Assembly (NCBI RefSeq): GCF_006345805.1
Contig: NW_021835432.1
Span: forward strand, 1-39,874
Origin: Octopus sinensis
Lineage: Eukaryota
Reading direction: 5' to 3'
DNA length: 39,874 nt
Part shown: one piece after another, positions 1 to 13,344 of the stretch
Layout: the number at the start of each line of letters is the position of its first letter
Numbering within the stretch: the first letter of the stretch is position 1
Translations under genes and position numbers: made by a program
Notes under the pieces: model-generated
What the model saw: the letters and a program-made list of their open reading frames with translations, nothing else
Databases searched by the model: none
What the model was told of the DNA's origin: nothing

Positions 1-389
1 ATACATACATACATACTTATGCATATATATTATCAATATATGTATATTTGAATAAAATGTATGTTCATATACGGGTATATGTATGCATAAATTTATGGTT
101 GTGTCTATCTATCTATCTATCTATATATATATATATATGTATGTTAGTAGAAATATGTTACAAAAAGAAAATATAAAATACACGTGGAAATGTAAGGGAA
201 AAATATGAAAAATCAACGAAAATACAGATTGTAAGTAAAAAAAGAAAAGGCTATTTATGAAAGGTAACGACAGATATATACATTACAGATGGACTGAGGT
301 AGTAATAAAAGTCATTATTATGAGATGATTAGAAAGTCAGAAAACAAAGCATACCATGGTTTCCGCAAAGCTATTCATTGCTTTGAATG

Positions 390-429
<40 letters not shown>

Positions 430-1445
430 TAATCCAAACAAGAAAACACAGAAAAAAAAGAGAAAAACACAACGCAGACGTGGACGTTATATTACTATAT
501 ATATATATATATATATATAAGGATAAGATCGTTATTTTAAATACCGATCATACCAGATGCCCAGCATAGGGATAGAAACATCATAGGTAATAATTATTAT
601 TAAAATTATGAATAAGGGTATCTAAAAGATACCACCATGCTAGATATAGCAGCCAAAACATTACTCTAGAACATATATTATATAGAGAGAGAGGGGGAAT
701 GGAAGAAGGGAGAGAGGGGGAGGGTAGAGAGGGGGAAGAAGGGAGAGAGACAGACAGACAGAGACAAACAGATGGTTAGTCATTGCACTCTGGACAAGCT
801 ATCGAGTAAATCGACACGTACACTTATTTAACCGACCGCAGGAATGTGATGTGCTAAATGAACTCGATTTGAACTCGGGAATTGAACTCAGAACGGTTGT
901 AGTCAAATACTGCAGCTTGTTCAGTTCGATATTCATGCACATGACGTGGATACTGTCATCCACCTTTGTATAGTGCACAAGTATATTTCTTATTTAATTT
1001 TTAAAACATATTACTTCGTACAATCGACTGCGTCTACGCGGATAGATCTTTCGATGATTTTTGTGCATATGTGTGTGGGGTGTGTGAGGGGGTTCTGTGT
1101 ATATACATGTGTGCGAGTATATGTGTGTGTATACCTATGAATATATGTTTACGTATATACGTAAATATATTTGGTTTTGCGTGGGTACGTATGTGAAAAT
1201 TACATCAATGCATCAATATATACATACATATATGTATATACATATACATACATATACACACACATATATATATATATATACATGCACTCACACACACATA
1301 TATATATATATACATACACACACATATATATATACATACACACACACATGCATATATATTATCGACTACAAATACACTAGTTCGTTTTGCCTTGCTCGCC
1401 TATATGCTGCAGTATGTGTGTGTGTATATGTATATGTATATATAG

Positions 1446-1494
<49 letters not shown>

Positions 1495-2189
1495 ATGTAT
1501 ATATATATATAATATATATATATATGTGTATATGTGTGTATGTATGTATGTAGGTATCTATATATATACAAATATGTATGTACATATTGTGTGTATACAT
1601 ACACATATACACACATATGTATGTGCATGCTGTGCAAATATATTATGCATATAATGGTATACGTGTATGTGCATCGATGTGTACTGTGTTTAGGTACAGG
1701 ACGATGATAAATGCTCTCTCATGCAATCATAACGATGGTGCTTAGTTCCAGATTCTGTAACATTTAACGAGTGGATGACTGATGGATCTCTTTATTCACC
1801 ATGACACCGGTCTCTCTCTACTTAAACTCCCAGAAGGTTTCCTAACTATGCATAATAACTTTGATAACCTGAGACGCATAGAATTATGTATCCTGTCCAG
1901 AAGATATACGACAGCTATTATTATGAGCTGTGAACTACGTAGGGGCAGTTTACTGAGTCTGTAATATATAGGTTGTTCTGGAAATATATCTAAAAAAGAA
2001 ATAATAAACAAAAAAAAAGGAAATTGTGTTCGCGATCACATTTGTGTTTATGTACATAGAAAATATAGAAGGGAAGTGTTTTGCATCATTAAAATTTAGG
2101 CACTGCTCTGGCCCCCGATTTTTAAAGTTTTTATTTCGATCATTCTCTTTCGCGCAGTGTCGAGTATGACACACATACAAGCATATATA

Positions 2190-2257
2190 AGATAGATAGA
2201 TAGGCAGATAGATAGATAGATAGGCAGATAGATAGATAGATAGATAGATAGATAGGC

Positions 2258-2343
<86 letters not shown>
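2190..2343. repeat. (GATA)n microsatellite
   Basis: Direct reading. Similar tracts at about 5185-5280, 10177-10355 and 11250-11305. Confidence 0.95.
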
Positions 2344-2394
2344 GGCCAAAATTTGACGTCCACCTCCTAGAACCTTCCCCGAGTAATGAAAACT

Positions 2395-2890
2395 CAGGAG
2401 CACTCCGTCGGTTACGACAACAAGGGTTCCAGCTGATGCGATCAACGGAACAGCTTGCTCGTGAAATTAACGTGTAAGTGGCTGAGCACTCCACAGACAC
2501 GTGTACCCGTAACGTAGTTCTCGGGGATATTCAGCGTGACACAGAGAGTGACAAGGCCGGCCCTTTGAAATACAGGTACAACAGAAACAGGAAGTAAGAG
2601 TGAGAGAAAGCTGTGGTGAAAGAGTACAGCAGGGATCACCACCATCCCCTGCCGGAGCCTCGTGGAACTTTTAGGTGTTTTCACTCAATAAACACTCACA
2701 ACGCCCGGTCTGGGAATCGAAACCGCGATCCTACGACCGCGAGTCCGCTGCCCTAACCACTGGGTTATTGCGCCTCCACAATGTGAAATAAAGTGTCTTG
2801 CTCAAGGACACAACGCGTTGCTGGGAATTGAACTCACGACCTTACGATCGTGAGCCGAATGCCCTAACCCCTAAGCCACGCGCCTTCACA
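2395..2890 (-). mobile_element. tRNA-derived SINE (family C) plus an adjacent SINE head (2783-2890)
   Basis: The - strand head gtggaggcgcaat..cccagtggttagggcagcggactc...ggtttcgattccc has A/B boxes. Related copies at 9661-9937 and 19325-19643. Confidence 0.85.
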
Positions 2891-2894
2891 CACA

Positions 2895-2934
<40 letters not shown>

Positions 2935-2935
2935 A

Positions 2936-2968
<33 letters not shown>

Positions 2969-2970
<2 letters not shown>

Positions 2971-3136
2971 CGACGGGCTTCCTTCAGTTTCCCTATACCA
3001 AATTCATTCATAAGGTTTTGGTCGACCCGAGGCTACAGTAAAAGACACTTGCCCAAGGTACCACGCAGAGGGGCTGAACCCGTAACCAAGTGGCTGGGAA
3101 ACAAACTTCTTAGCACACAGCTATGCCTGCGCCTAC
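2969..3136 (-). mobile_element. SINE family B, 5' half
   Basis: Matches the 5' halves of the copies at 4640-5080 and 14430-14839. Confidence 0.8.
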
Positions 3137-3210
3137 AACATACATTTTCCGTGCTCCATATCATGCTCACACACATATATACAACCACAACCATCTCACT
3201 CACACACACA

Positions 3211-3442
3211 TACCTATTTCTTTATTACCCACAAGGGGCTAAACACAGAGGGGACAAACAAGGACAGACATAGGTATTAAGTCGATTACATCGACCCCAG
3301 TGCGTAACTGGTACTTAATTTATCGACCCCGAAAGGATGAAAGGCAAAGTCGACATCGGCGGAATTCGAACTCACAACGTAACGGCAGACGAAATACTGC
3401 TAAGTATTTCGCCCGGCGTGCTAACGTTTCTGCCAGCTCGCC
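3211..3442 (-). mobile_element. SINE family A
   Basis: Reverse complement of 15147-15380 (ggcgagctggcagaaacgttagc...gtcgactttgcctttcatcc...aaagaaataggta). Confidence 0.9.
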
Positions 3443-4054
3443 GACACATACCTACCACCATAACCACCTTCTAAATGCATGTCCTAATCCATCACAACTA
3501 CATCTCAATCTCTAATCCATTGAATGATATAGTCACTAAGTATAATCAATAATGCCACCAGGTCGCCAATAGATCCCTCGACCCCGGCCGTCGCCGCCTT
3601 TCTCATTTAAGCAATATTGTCCCCAGCGATTTTTACCCAGTCACACTTTCTATTAGTCACCAACTAACCGGCTATTGTACTGTCCCCTTTCCTCTTACTG
3701 TTCTGTGACCCCTATCAGAAAATATCTTGACATCTCGAGACCAACACAGAAATCATTTATTTGATGGGTTAGTTGAGGTTAGTTGAAGTTTGCGTGCAAG
3801 CTAGCTGGCTGGCTGGCTGGCTGGTTGGTGGGTTGCATGGATGGATGGGTGGATGGTGGTTTGGTGTTTTTGTCGTTTTTTTGTTTTGGGCCTACTCTTT
3901 GTTATAGTTATTGTTCTTGCCCCTGTGCTGCTTTATTATCATTGCCAGCATCATCGTCATTTTCAATTTTTATTTCTTGTTACGATAGAAAACCTCGGAA
4001 TGTCTGACCTCTTTACACCAATTAAAAAAATGCATCATATGTGACCTCGTCTGT

Positions 4055-4245
4055 ATCACTAGCGATTTTTTTCCCCTGTCTTCCCTTCTCGGGATCTTTC
4101 CTTCTCCTATGTTTCCGACGAAGAGCTCTGCTCGAAACGTCAAACCCTCCTTCTTCCCTTCTTTCCTGAGCGTCCAATAATACTTTATTTGTTCCACGTC
4201 CTTGCGTTGTTGTTTTTTTGTTTTTGTTTTCTTGTTTGGATTAAC
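4055..4245 (+). mobile_element. Penelope-like element terminal (pLTR) remnant
   Basis: Contains a hammerhead-like motif. Its downstream part recurs in reverse at about 28298-28362 and weakly at about 435-490. Confidence 0.55.
4111..4145 (+). ncRNA. Minimal type I hammerhead ribozyme-like motif (core CCGACGA)
   Basis: GUUU-CCGACGA-A-GAGC(UCU)GCUC-GAA-ACGU-C-AAAC: stem I 4 bp, stem II 4 bp, palindromic stem III ACGU, GUC cleavage triplet. Carries a U4-to-C deviation. Confidence 0.6.
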
Positions 4246-4515
4246 TTTATATATATATATATTAAGAACAATCTTACTTAGAAATGGATGCGTGCGTTCA
4301 GTATATACTAAATTAATAAATAAAATAAAACATATGCATATATACATACATATATGAGTTGGTGTTCTGTACCCATATATACATGTATATATACATGTAG
4401 AGGTAGGTACGTACATATATGTATGTTTATATATGCTATGTTTTATTTTACTTATTAATCTATATATGTATGTAATATATATATATGTATATATATATTA
4501 TATCTATATATATAT

Positions 4516-4549
<34 letters not shown>

Positions 4550-4639
4550 ATATAAAGGGGTTTGTATGATGTGTATAGGGATATATTTATTCAACGAAAT
4601 TCCAACTCAGTCTGTTTTTATGTTTTATATTTCTATTAC

Positions 4640-4841
4640 TTTTTACTTGTTTCAGTCATTTGACTGCGGCCATGCTGGAGCACCTCTTTTAATCGAGCAA
4701 CTCGACCCCGGGATTATTCTTTGTAAGCCCAGTACTTATCTATCGGTCTCTTTTGCCGAACCGCTAAGTTACGGGGACATAAACACACCAGCATCGGTTG
4801 TTAAGCAATGCTAGGGGGACAAACACAGACACACACACACA

Positions 4842-4872
<31 letters not shown>

Positions 4873-4880
4873 CACACACA

Positions 4881-4919
<39 letters not shown>

Positions 4920-5080
4920 TATATATATACGACGGGCTTCTTTCAGTTTCCGTCTACCAAATCCACTCACAAGGCTTTGGTCGGCCCGAGGCTATAGTAG
5001 AAGACACTTGGCCAAGGTGCCACGCAGTGGGACTGAACCCGGAACCATGTGGTTGGTAAACAAGCTAATTACCACACAGC
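4640..5080 (-). mobile_element. SINE family B with internal microsatellite
   Basis: tRNA-like head (ggttccgggttcagtcccactgcg), central (AT)/(GT) tract, tail ccagcatggccgcagtcaaatgactgaaacaagt. Confidence 0.9.
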
Positions 5081-5131
5081 GAAGTATTGATTGTCTTATT
5101 GAATACATGAAATATTGAATATGAAATATTA

Positions 5132-5193
5132 AGGGACTAGTATACTTTCTTGCATTAAAGCAGTCTTCAAGGTCTAAGTGTATCAGTATAGAT

Positions 5194-5267
<74 letters not shown>

Positions 5268-6108
5268 GATAGATAGATATACATACACACACACACACAT
5301 GCGTACAGATACAAACCCATACACACGTGCATATATGTGTGTATTTTTCTATGAATGAATGTATATACATTACGTGAGCCACTGAAAGCACGGGCAAGCT
5401 TTTTCAACAACCGGGCTGCATGCGACATTACACAGGAGCCTTCGGGCCACACTTCAAGGTATTCTTTCGTTAGGCGTGCTATTAAGAAAGTCCCAGTTTG
5501 CCTATGACTGCACTAGGGGCGTCGAAAGCAAAAGCCTAGAGGTATTTCTCGCGAATCTTCTGAACGTTCTGTGTTCAAATTCCGAAAACACCAGTCAAGT
5601 ACTGGGTAAGGCAATTTAATCAACTAACTCCCTCCCCAAAAATTTAGACCTTGCACCTATGTTTGAAACAATTACTGTATAATTGTGAGCTGGCAGGATC
5701 GTCAGTGTCGGAGAAAAAACGCTATGAGATATTTCTTCTGAGTTCAAATCCCGCCGACTTTCTACCCTTTTGTGTCGATAAATTTAAAAAATGAATATGA
5801 GAGGTAATGGGTGAGTTGTTTATTCAGTGCAATGGATGATGATGGTCCGCATCTTATTGTCGCAGTAGTTAGACAACTCTAGGTTGTTTGTATATATGGG
5901 TGTGTACAGGATATACCGGTATCGACACCCCCAACACTTCGAAATTGCTGGGCTGGTACTTAGATTTGAAACTGTTATTATGTGGCCCGAATGCTCCTTT
6001 GTAATGTCGCATGCGGCCCGGTTGTCGAAAAAGCTTGTCCGTGCTTTAAGTGACTCACGTAATGTGACCTTGAAGACTGCTTTAATGCAAGAAAGTATAC
6101 TAGTCCCT
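5132..6108. repeat. Fold-back with ~128-bp arms; left arm split by a microsatellite
   Basis: Left arm 5132-5174 plus 5367-5451 is the reverse complement of right arm 5981-6108. A (GATA)n/(CA)n block lies within the left arm. Confidence 0.9.
6066..6105 (+). ncRNA. Hammerhead-like variant (core CUUGAAGA); identical copy on - strand at 5135-5174
   Basis: GAC-CUUGAAGA-CUGC(UUUAAU)GCAA-GAA-AGUAUACU-A-GUC: 3-bp stem I, 3-bp stem II plus a C.A pair, palindromic 8-nt stem III, CUA triplet. Confidence 0.55.
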
Positions 6109-6539
6109 ATCGAAGTCAGCTGAGCTTTTCATCCTTTTTGAATCGATAACACAAAGTGCCAGCTAAGTCCTGGGATATGCTATCGACTACCCGCCTCCTT
6201 TCAAAATCGCTGGTCCTTTTCCTCAAATGGAAATCACAATTATCATTGCTGCTAGGGCGGCGAGCTGGCAGAACCGTTACGGGCATCTCTTCTGTATCAT
6301 TACGTTCTACGAATACCAACTTTGTCTTTTAACCTTTCTGTGTCCATAAAATAAGTAACAGCTGAACACTGGTGTCGATGTAATCGATTTAACCCGTCCC
6401 CTAAAATTGCTGGCCTTGTGCCAACATTTAAAACCGTCATTGCTGATGCTGTTCTTCTTGTTGTTGCTGTTGGTTGTTATTCACAATTATATTATCTCTG
6501 CAGTTGTGGTTAGTGGCACTTTTATATATAAATATAAAA

Positions 6540-6696
6540 GTAGCTGTGTGATAAGAAACTTGCTTCCCAACTACATGGTTCCGGGATCAGTCCCACTGCG
6601 TAGTACCTTGGGCGAGTGTCTTCTGCTACAGCCTCGGGTCGACCAAAGCCTTGCGAGTGGACTTGGTAGACGGAAACTGAGAGAAACCCGTTGTAT

Positions 6697-6739
<43 letters not shown>

Positions 6740-7115
6740 ATCAGTAAAATTTAGATTCAGTTGAATATGGTTCTTAAGTTAAATGCACCAGAATTTAGTT
6801 TGGTATTATCCATAGAATTCAAAATGGGCTGATTACAATCAAAATAAGCAACAAGGATATCCTTGTTGCTTATTTTGATATATATGTCTGTGGATGTGTG
6901 GTTATATGCTTGTGTGTCTGTGTTTGTCGCCCTGTGTTTGTCGCCCCGTCATCGCTTGACAACCGATGCTGGTGTGTTTACGTCACCATAAATTAGCACT
7001 TTGGCAATAGAGACCGATAGAATAAGTACAAAGAATGAGTCCTGGGGGTCGATTTGTTCGACTAAAGTCGGTGCTCCTGCATGGCCGATGTCAGATGACT
7101 GAAACAAATAAAAGA
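6540..7115 (+). mobile_element. SINE family B, interrupted by ~150 bp of foreign sequence that includes the 42-bp palindrome
   Basis: 5' half at about 6540-6705 and 3' half at about 6880-7115. Confidence 0.8.
6838..6879. repeat. Perfect 42-bp palindrome without spacer
   Basis: ATCAAAATAAGCAACAAGGATATCCTTGTTGCTTATTTTGAT equals its own reverse complement. Confidence 0.95.
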
Positions 7116-7370
7116 ATATAAAGGAAAAAAAAAAATATATATATATATATGCATATATATATATATATAATGAATATATATATATGCATATATATATAAA
7201 TGTATATATATATGCATATGTATATATATGCATATATATATATGCATATATATAATATATTAATATATAATATTATACATATATATATTATATGCATATA
7301 TATACATATGCATATATATATACATTTATATATACATGCATATATATACACACAACAATAATATGCATTC

Positions 7371-7426
<56 letters not shown>

Positions 7427-7643
7427 CATTTGACGATTGTGTAAGAGTAGCACGGTGTATGCTAGGCGTGATTATAGTTTTCTCTGCTTAATATCTGCTG
7501 CAAAGATGGTAACCAACGTAGCGCAAGAGCGAGTAATCAGCCATGCGATTTCCAGCCCATTCATATCACACTGCTAATGCCCTTTAAAACACATAATTGT
7601 CAAATAATCTCAGTTAAGTTCCACTATGAAATAATAGTGAAAG

Positions 7644-7681
<38 letters not shown>

Positions 7682-7689
7682 TATAATAT

Positions 7690-7738
<49 letters not shown>

Positions 7739-7765
7739 ATATAATATATATATATATAATATATA

Positions 7766-7834
<69 letters not shown>

Positions 7835-8659
7835 ATGTATTCAACATACATAGAGATACATACGGATATGTATGAATACATATATATATATACGTATGTA
7901 TATATGCATATATGTGTGCGTGTGTATGTAGAACTAAATGAGGTAAGAAAGAAGAAAAATAACTGATTGTGACCAATGCCAAGGATTTGGTTAAGAAGCA
8001 CGAATAAAAGTATATTAAATGTCATGCAATATAAATTCTTGGTTTATTCAAATTATCCTTGCTAAAAGAGACGTTAAACAAACGCTTATCACAATTGCGA
8101 CAGATTCGAAATGAGAAGGGGAGGTAATCTCAAAAATCAAGCTTTCTCCGTAGTTGACATGCCATTATGGAAAAGACAGGGATTTTGTATGTTTTTTTTT
8201 TTTTTTTTATGAAAATGAGGACTGCTGTGGCTACGTGTTTCTGTTTCAGTAGGGGTCCACAGCTCAGAAGTTATCTTGCCTTCATTTCAACTAGATATAA
8301 AATTTGTAATGTGAGTACCCTGGACATTATTGCATCGTTCTAGGATTCAAACGGCCCATTAGCCGGTTTTCATTACCTATAAGTAACCGAGATTACAGAA
8401 TCGTGAAATAAAGCGTTTTGCTCAAGAACACAACACACCAACCAGTCTGGGAATCAAACCCATGATCTTGTAAACCTGAGTGCAACACTCTAATCTCCGG
8501 GCCACGCACCTTCACATTTATAAGACATAAACGTAGTAAAAGAGTAGAAGTTGTCCACGGTTAATAAATGCGACCAAATAAGTTCCCCATCCAAGACCAA
8601 AATTTACGATCTAATGGACCGGCAATAAAATATTTTAAAATATTTCTTTTATCTTTTAG

Positions 8660-8768
8660 GATCTTTTATGTTTCCCATGACTCTCAAGACTTGAAAATTT
8701 GGAGCTACATTGCAAGAGACGGTCCTACCAATGTCTTCAAGTGTAACGTATTCAAGGCATACAAAAAG
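8660..8768 (+). CDS. NOS1AP: NOS1AP/CAPON homologue, internal PTB (PID) domain exon
   Basis: Acceptor tttctttttatcttttAG|G and donor AAG|GTAAAA. Encodes (R)[36 protein letters not shown], nearly identical to the vertebrate NOS1AP stretch [31 protein letters not shown] (recalled). Phase 2 start, phase 0 end. Confidence 0.95.
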
Positions 8769-8907
8769 GTAAAAGAATTCTCTTTAGTACGAGGATGTTC
8801 ATTTTTCTCTCTTTCTTTCTGCATTTACCTTTCTTTCTGGCCATCTCTCTGTTTCACTGCACATAAACATATATGCACACACACATTCACACACACACAC
8901 ACGCACG

Positions 8908-8953
<46 letters not shown>

Positions 8954-8993
8954 AGGGGAAAAACTAAAGATAAACACAAGTGCAAATTGTCAT

Positions 8994-9300
8994 TAGGTGC
9001 AGGAGTGGCTGTGCGGTAGATAGCTTGCTTACCAACCATATGGTTCTGGGTTCCTGTCGTATATATGTATATACGTGTGTATGTGTGTGTGTGTGTGTCT
9101 GTGTTTGTCGCCTCCACCATCGCTTGACAACCGATGGTGGTGTGTGTTTACGTCCCCGTAACTTAGCGGTTCGGCAAAATAGACCGATAGAAGAAGTACT
9201 AAGGCTTACAAAGAATAAGTCCCGGGGTCGATTTTGCTCGACTAAAGGCGGTGCTCCAGCATGGCCGCAGTCAAATGACTGAAACAAGTAAAAGAGAGTA
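8994..9300 (+). mobile_element. SINE family B with internal deletion
   Basis: taggtgcaggagtggctgtgcgg head through gactgaaacaagtaaaaga tail. Confidence 0.85.
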
Positions 9301-9660
9301 AGAGAGAGAGAGAAAAGAGAACATTGTTTTCTTGATGAACCATTGCGGTTAGGTGTCCAAATGCATTTGGAACATTCAGTGTTGAGCTCCAAATAACTGC
9401 AACGATGAAACGGACGTAAAAACAAATGACTTATCATAGCTTATCATAATTTTCCTCCTTTCTGTATACGATAACTAGTAACACTGCTATGTACAGTGGT
9501 ATACTATCCACTATACTGGTAGCTGAATTGGTTAATGATAATCTACGTGGAGCTCTAACTCATACAGTAGTAGTCGTACATCTAACTACGCACAAGATAT
9601 GTGTGAGTGTGTGTGTATTTGTGCGTGTATTCATATGTCTACATATATATTTTTTTTTTT

Positions 9661-9937
9661 CGTGACCGACCAGACCATCAGAAGTTTTACACATCGCTGG
9701 TCACAATGCGTTCGCACTGTTTTAGCCTTCAAATGACGCCACCCCGCTGGCTAAGCGAGCAGGCCAACAGAAGAAAGAGAGAAAGAGTGGTGAAAGAGTA
9801 CAGCAGGGATCACCACCCCCTGCCGGAGCCTCGTGGAGCTTTTAGGTGTTTTTCGCTCAATAAACACTTACAACGCCCGGTCTGAGAATCGAAACCGCGA
9901 GTCCGCTGCCCTAACCACTGGGTCATTGCGCCTTCAC
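9661..9937 (-). mobile_element. SINE family C variant
   Basis: Head and body match 2595-2779, with a different 3' part. Confidence 0.8.
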
Positions 9938-9966
9938 TATATACATATATATACATAGCTATTGTG

Positions 9967-10160
9967 ATTGGCGTATTGTGATTGTTGTACTGGGTGTGCT
10001 GCCACACCCAATGCCAACAAATTTTAAGGAGGGTTATAACAAAAGTTTTCCATTAAAATTTGCGATTAAATTAATGAGTAAAGTTAATATTTATAATAAA
10101 CTTACCATTTTCGACGGGTGTGCAGCGCACACCTATCACACCCGGCATATACTCCCCTAG
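9967..10160. mobile_element. Degraded MITE-like element with GGGTGTG..CACACCC hairpins near both ends
   Basis: gggtgtgctgccacaccc at 9992-10009 and gggtgtgcagcgcacacc at about 10116-10133. The termini are degenerate. Confidence 0.35.
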
Positions 10161-10175
10161 TATATATATACACAC

Positions 10176-10290
<115 letters not shown>

Positions 10291-10342
10291 GGATGGACGG
10301 ACGGACGGATGGATGGATGGATGGATGGATAGATAAATAGTT

Positions 10343-10391
<49 letters not shown>

Positions 10392-11256
10392 CTGAACAGT
10401 CTCATACTGATCGAACAATTTTAAAACGTACTCAATACTGTTAGATCGAATGGAATATAATCAATTTGAAAGCTAGAGAGAGAGAGAGCGCGTGTGTGAG
10501 AAAGCTATCTTTCCATTCTCTATACATCACAGCTACTACTACTACTACTACTACTGTGGCTGCTGCAACTGCTCCTGCCACCACCACCACCTCTGTTACT
10601 ATTACCACCACCATTTTTACTACCACTACCGCTATAAAAATCCGACTGTCATGAGCGTCGCCATTTTGGTTATAACACTATTCACTTTATAACCAACTTT
10701 AGACTTGTGCATATGTTCGTATGCGTATTCGTTAGTGTACACAAGTGCACATTGCGTAAATTTATCTACGTACATGTGTGTGTACATGAGTTTAAATACG
10801 AGTGTATATATGTGTGTGAGAGATAGAGTGTATATGTCTATACATTGTTTTCGAAACAATCAACCTGTCGTTCTTTAAAATTCAAAATAGAGGCCAATCT
10901 AGTTTACCCACTTTTTGAGATGAGTTAACTACAATAGCTGTGGTAACGTCACATATTGTTTTTATTTAATTAGCTTCCATAAAATATTTTTTGCAAAACG
11001 GACATAAAGAAACATTAAGCACAAACACACACGCCGAAAAAAATAAAAAATACCGTTATACTATGTTTGAAAACCTAATTAAATCAAACCGGTTTCATTT
11101 AAGTAATATCAACAGACCCTTGGCTTGACATTATTTTGCACTCGCTTTCCTTTCTGTCCCCTTCCTTCCCTCCCTCTCATTACCTTATCACGCACTTAGT
11201 CTCCTAGTCAATGCCCCACTTTCTCTCCCAATCTATCCATCAATCTAACCATCTAC

Positions 11257-11307
<51 letters not shown>

Positions 11308-11432
11308 AGTATATATATATATATATATATATAAACTTACTTGGAGAAAAGAAACGAAACGACACGAATATATAGTATGTATATGTAGTATATATATATG
11401 TGTGTGTGTGTGTATATATATATATAAGTATG

Positions 11433-11467
<35 letters not shown>

Positions 11468-12296
11468 CAGTCTTGATCTATCTATTTATCTGTCTGTCTA
11501 TCTAACTATTTACCTATTCGTCTCACTATTTCTCTTCTCATTCTCCTCGCAGTATTCGTATTTCCATCATTCTTTCTCTTCTCAAGCTAAATGTTATTGT
11601 TGGCGATGGTGCTGGTGACGGCAGTGGTGGTGGTGCTGGTGACGGTGATCGTAGTCGCTGTAGAGGTGACGGTGGTCGCTATTGTGGTTGTGGCGGTATT
11701 GGGGAGTACGGTGTCTTTGTAATTGTAATTGTTATTGTCATTGTATATTGGGACTGCAGCAGGAGACAATAGTAACGACATGGTGGTGCTGTTCAACAAT
11801 ATGTAATTACAAAATACAATAATTTGATTCGTTAATCTTCAGTTTGCGGGATAAACTTAAAACGGAGGCATTTGTGAAGCAGGAGACAGTTTATCTAATT
11901 TATATATTCGTCAGCCATTGTTTGGGCAAGAGAGTGGTTGGGGGTAACTGTAGAAAGAATAAAAAGAAGTAGAAGATGTAAAAGAAAATGTGGGGAGAGT
12001 GAGCAAGTGTGAAAGAGTGCTGTGACAAGTAGAGAATTATGTTGCAGAGGAAGAATGAAATTAGGTACGAAGATTGAAAAGTAAAGACAGAAAGAAATAC
12101 ATTGGCAGAGTATGGATTCGAACTTTAGAGGAAATCTGGTAGTTAACGCGAAGAAAGAGAAAGGTACGATGTTTCCAGCTACAAGTCATTCGTCAAGAAG
12201 AGATGGTTATGTATGTTGTGGTCATAATTGAGGCTTAGTAGTAAATATGTTTGTTGAATGAAGTTTTGTGTTGAGAAGTACGGAGGACTGTACTTC

Positions 12297-12730
12297 TTAG
12301 TTAGTTAATTTTTTGGCTCAAAAAGCAAAAAGCAAGGCCATGTAGGGGGCCATGGAATTATGTACAGGGTGGTGTTCATGTAAAGAGTTCAGGCCACTTG
12401 AGGTCAAGGGAGACTTTGAACAAAACGGTCGTCGGCATCTTCACCATCTCGTCTGGCAGCTTGTTCCACGGATCCGCAACCCGGACGGAGAAAGCCCCTC
12501 TCCTTCGATTGAGATGAAATCGTCGCAGATAGAGCTTTTCGGAATGACCCCGCAGCCGACGCTCTGGAGCAGGAGTGAAGAACAGCTCTTTCGAGAGGTT
12601 ACATTTTCCGCTTATGATGTGAGCGAGAATGAGATCACCACGGCGTCGTCGTTTTTCTAGAGAATAAAGGTCGAGCGTCTTCAGCCTTTCTTCATAAGAC
12701 AAATTCTTGAGACCATAATCTTGGATTATT
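12297..12730 (-). mobile_element. CR1-like LINE, 5'-truncated 3' end (ORF2 C-terminus, 3' UTR, (CTAA)n tail)
   Basis: ORF 12376-12702 reads LSYEERLKTLDLYSLEKRRRRGDLI...LRGHSEKL...FSVRVADPWNKLP, the CR1-type ORF2 tail. It is followed by a short UTR and a tandem-repeat tail. Confidence 0.85.
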
Positions 12731-13262
12731 TGTCACCGGCAAGCCAACTTTCACAGGTTTTTCTTCGATTTTACATTAAATATTCTAGTGGACATTGTGT
12801 GCAAAGAATTCTCTTGCTACATCTTGCTTGCTCATACGTGTATTTTTCTATTTTGTTTAAAAACAGGACTGTTTTTTCTCGGACTGACAGCTAAAAATAT
12901 TGTTTTAATATCGGTTTTATACATGCTTATATATGCGTTAATGTGTTTGTATGTGTGTATGTCTGCATATATGTCTGAATATACATATGAATATATATAC
13001 TACGAATCCTCTAAGGTATAGTAATAATAATCGGTTGTTAGAACTCATTATACTTAATGCTTCAGAGTAAAAGAGCAAACCATCAAGTGAATATTTAAAC
13101 TCTTTCCGCAATTAACTTACAATCATTGAAAAGGCTCCAAGGAAACCATATGACGTTGCACAAGTGATTAGCTCTAACCGCAAGGTTCTTATAACAGAAA
13201 GAACTGTAGGTTAATAAAATTTATTACGAAACTACCGTTCTTTTAATTACAATATACATATA

Positions 13263-13297
<35 letters not shown>

Positions 13298-13344
13298 CAC
13301 ATATATATATATATATATTACTGTCAAGCATTGTGTAGAATATA

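Noticed and set aside
3300-3515. Repeated ORFs beginning MRNWYLIYR (also 15101 and 36168)
   Set aside because: They are translations of the non-coding SINE family A.
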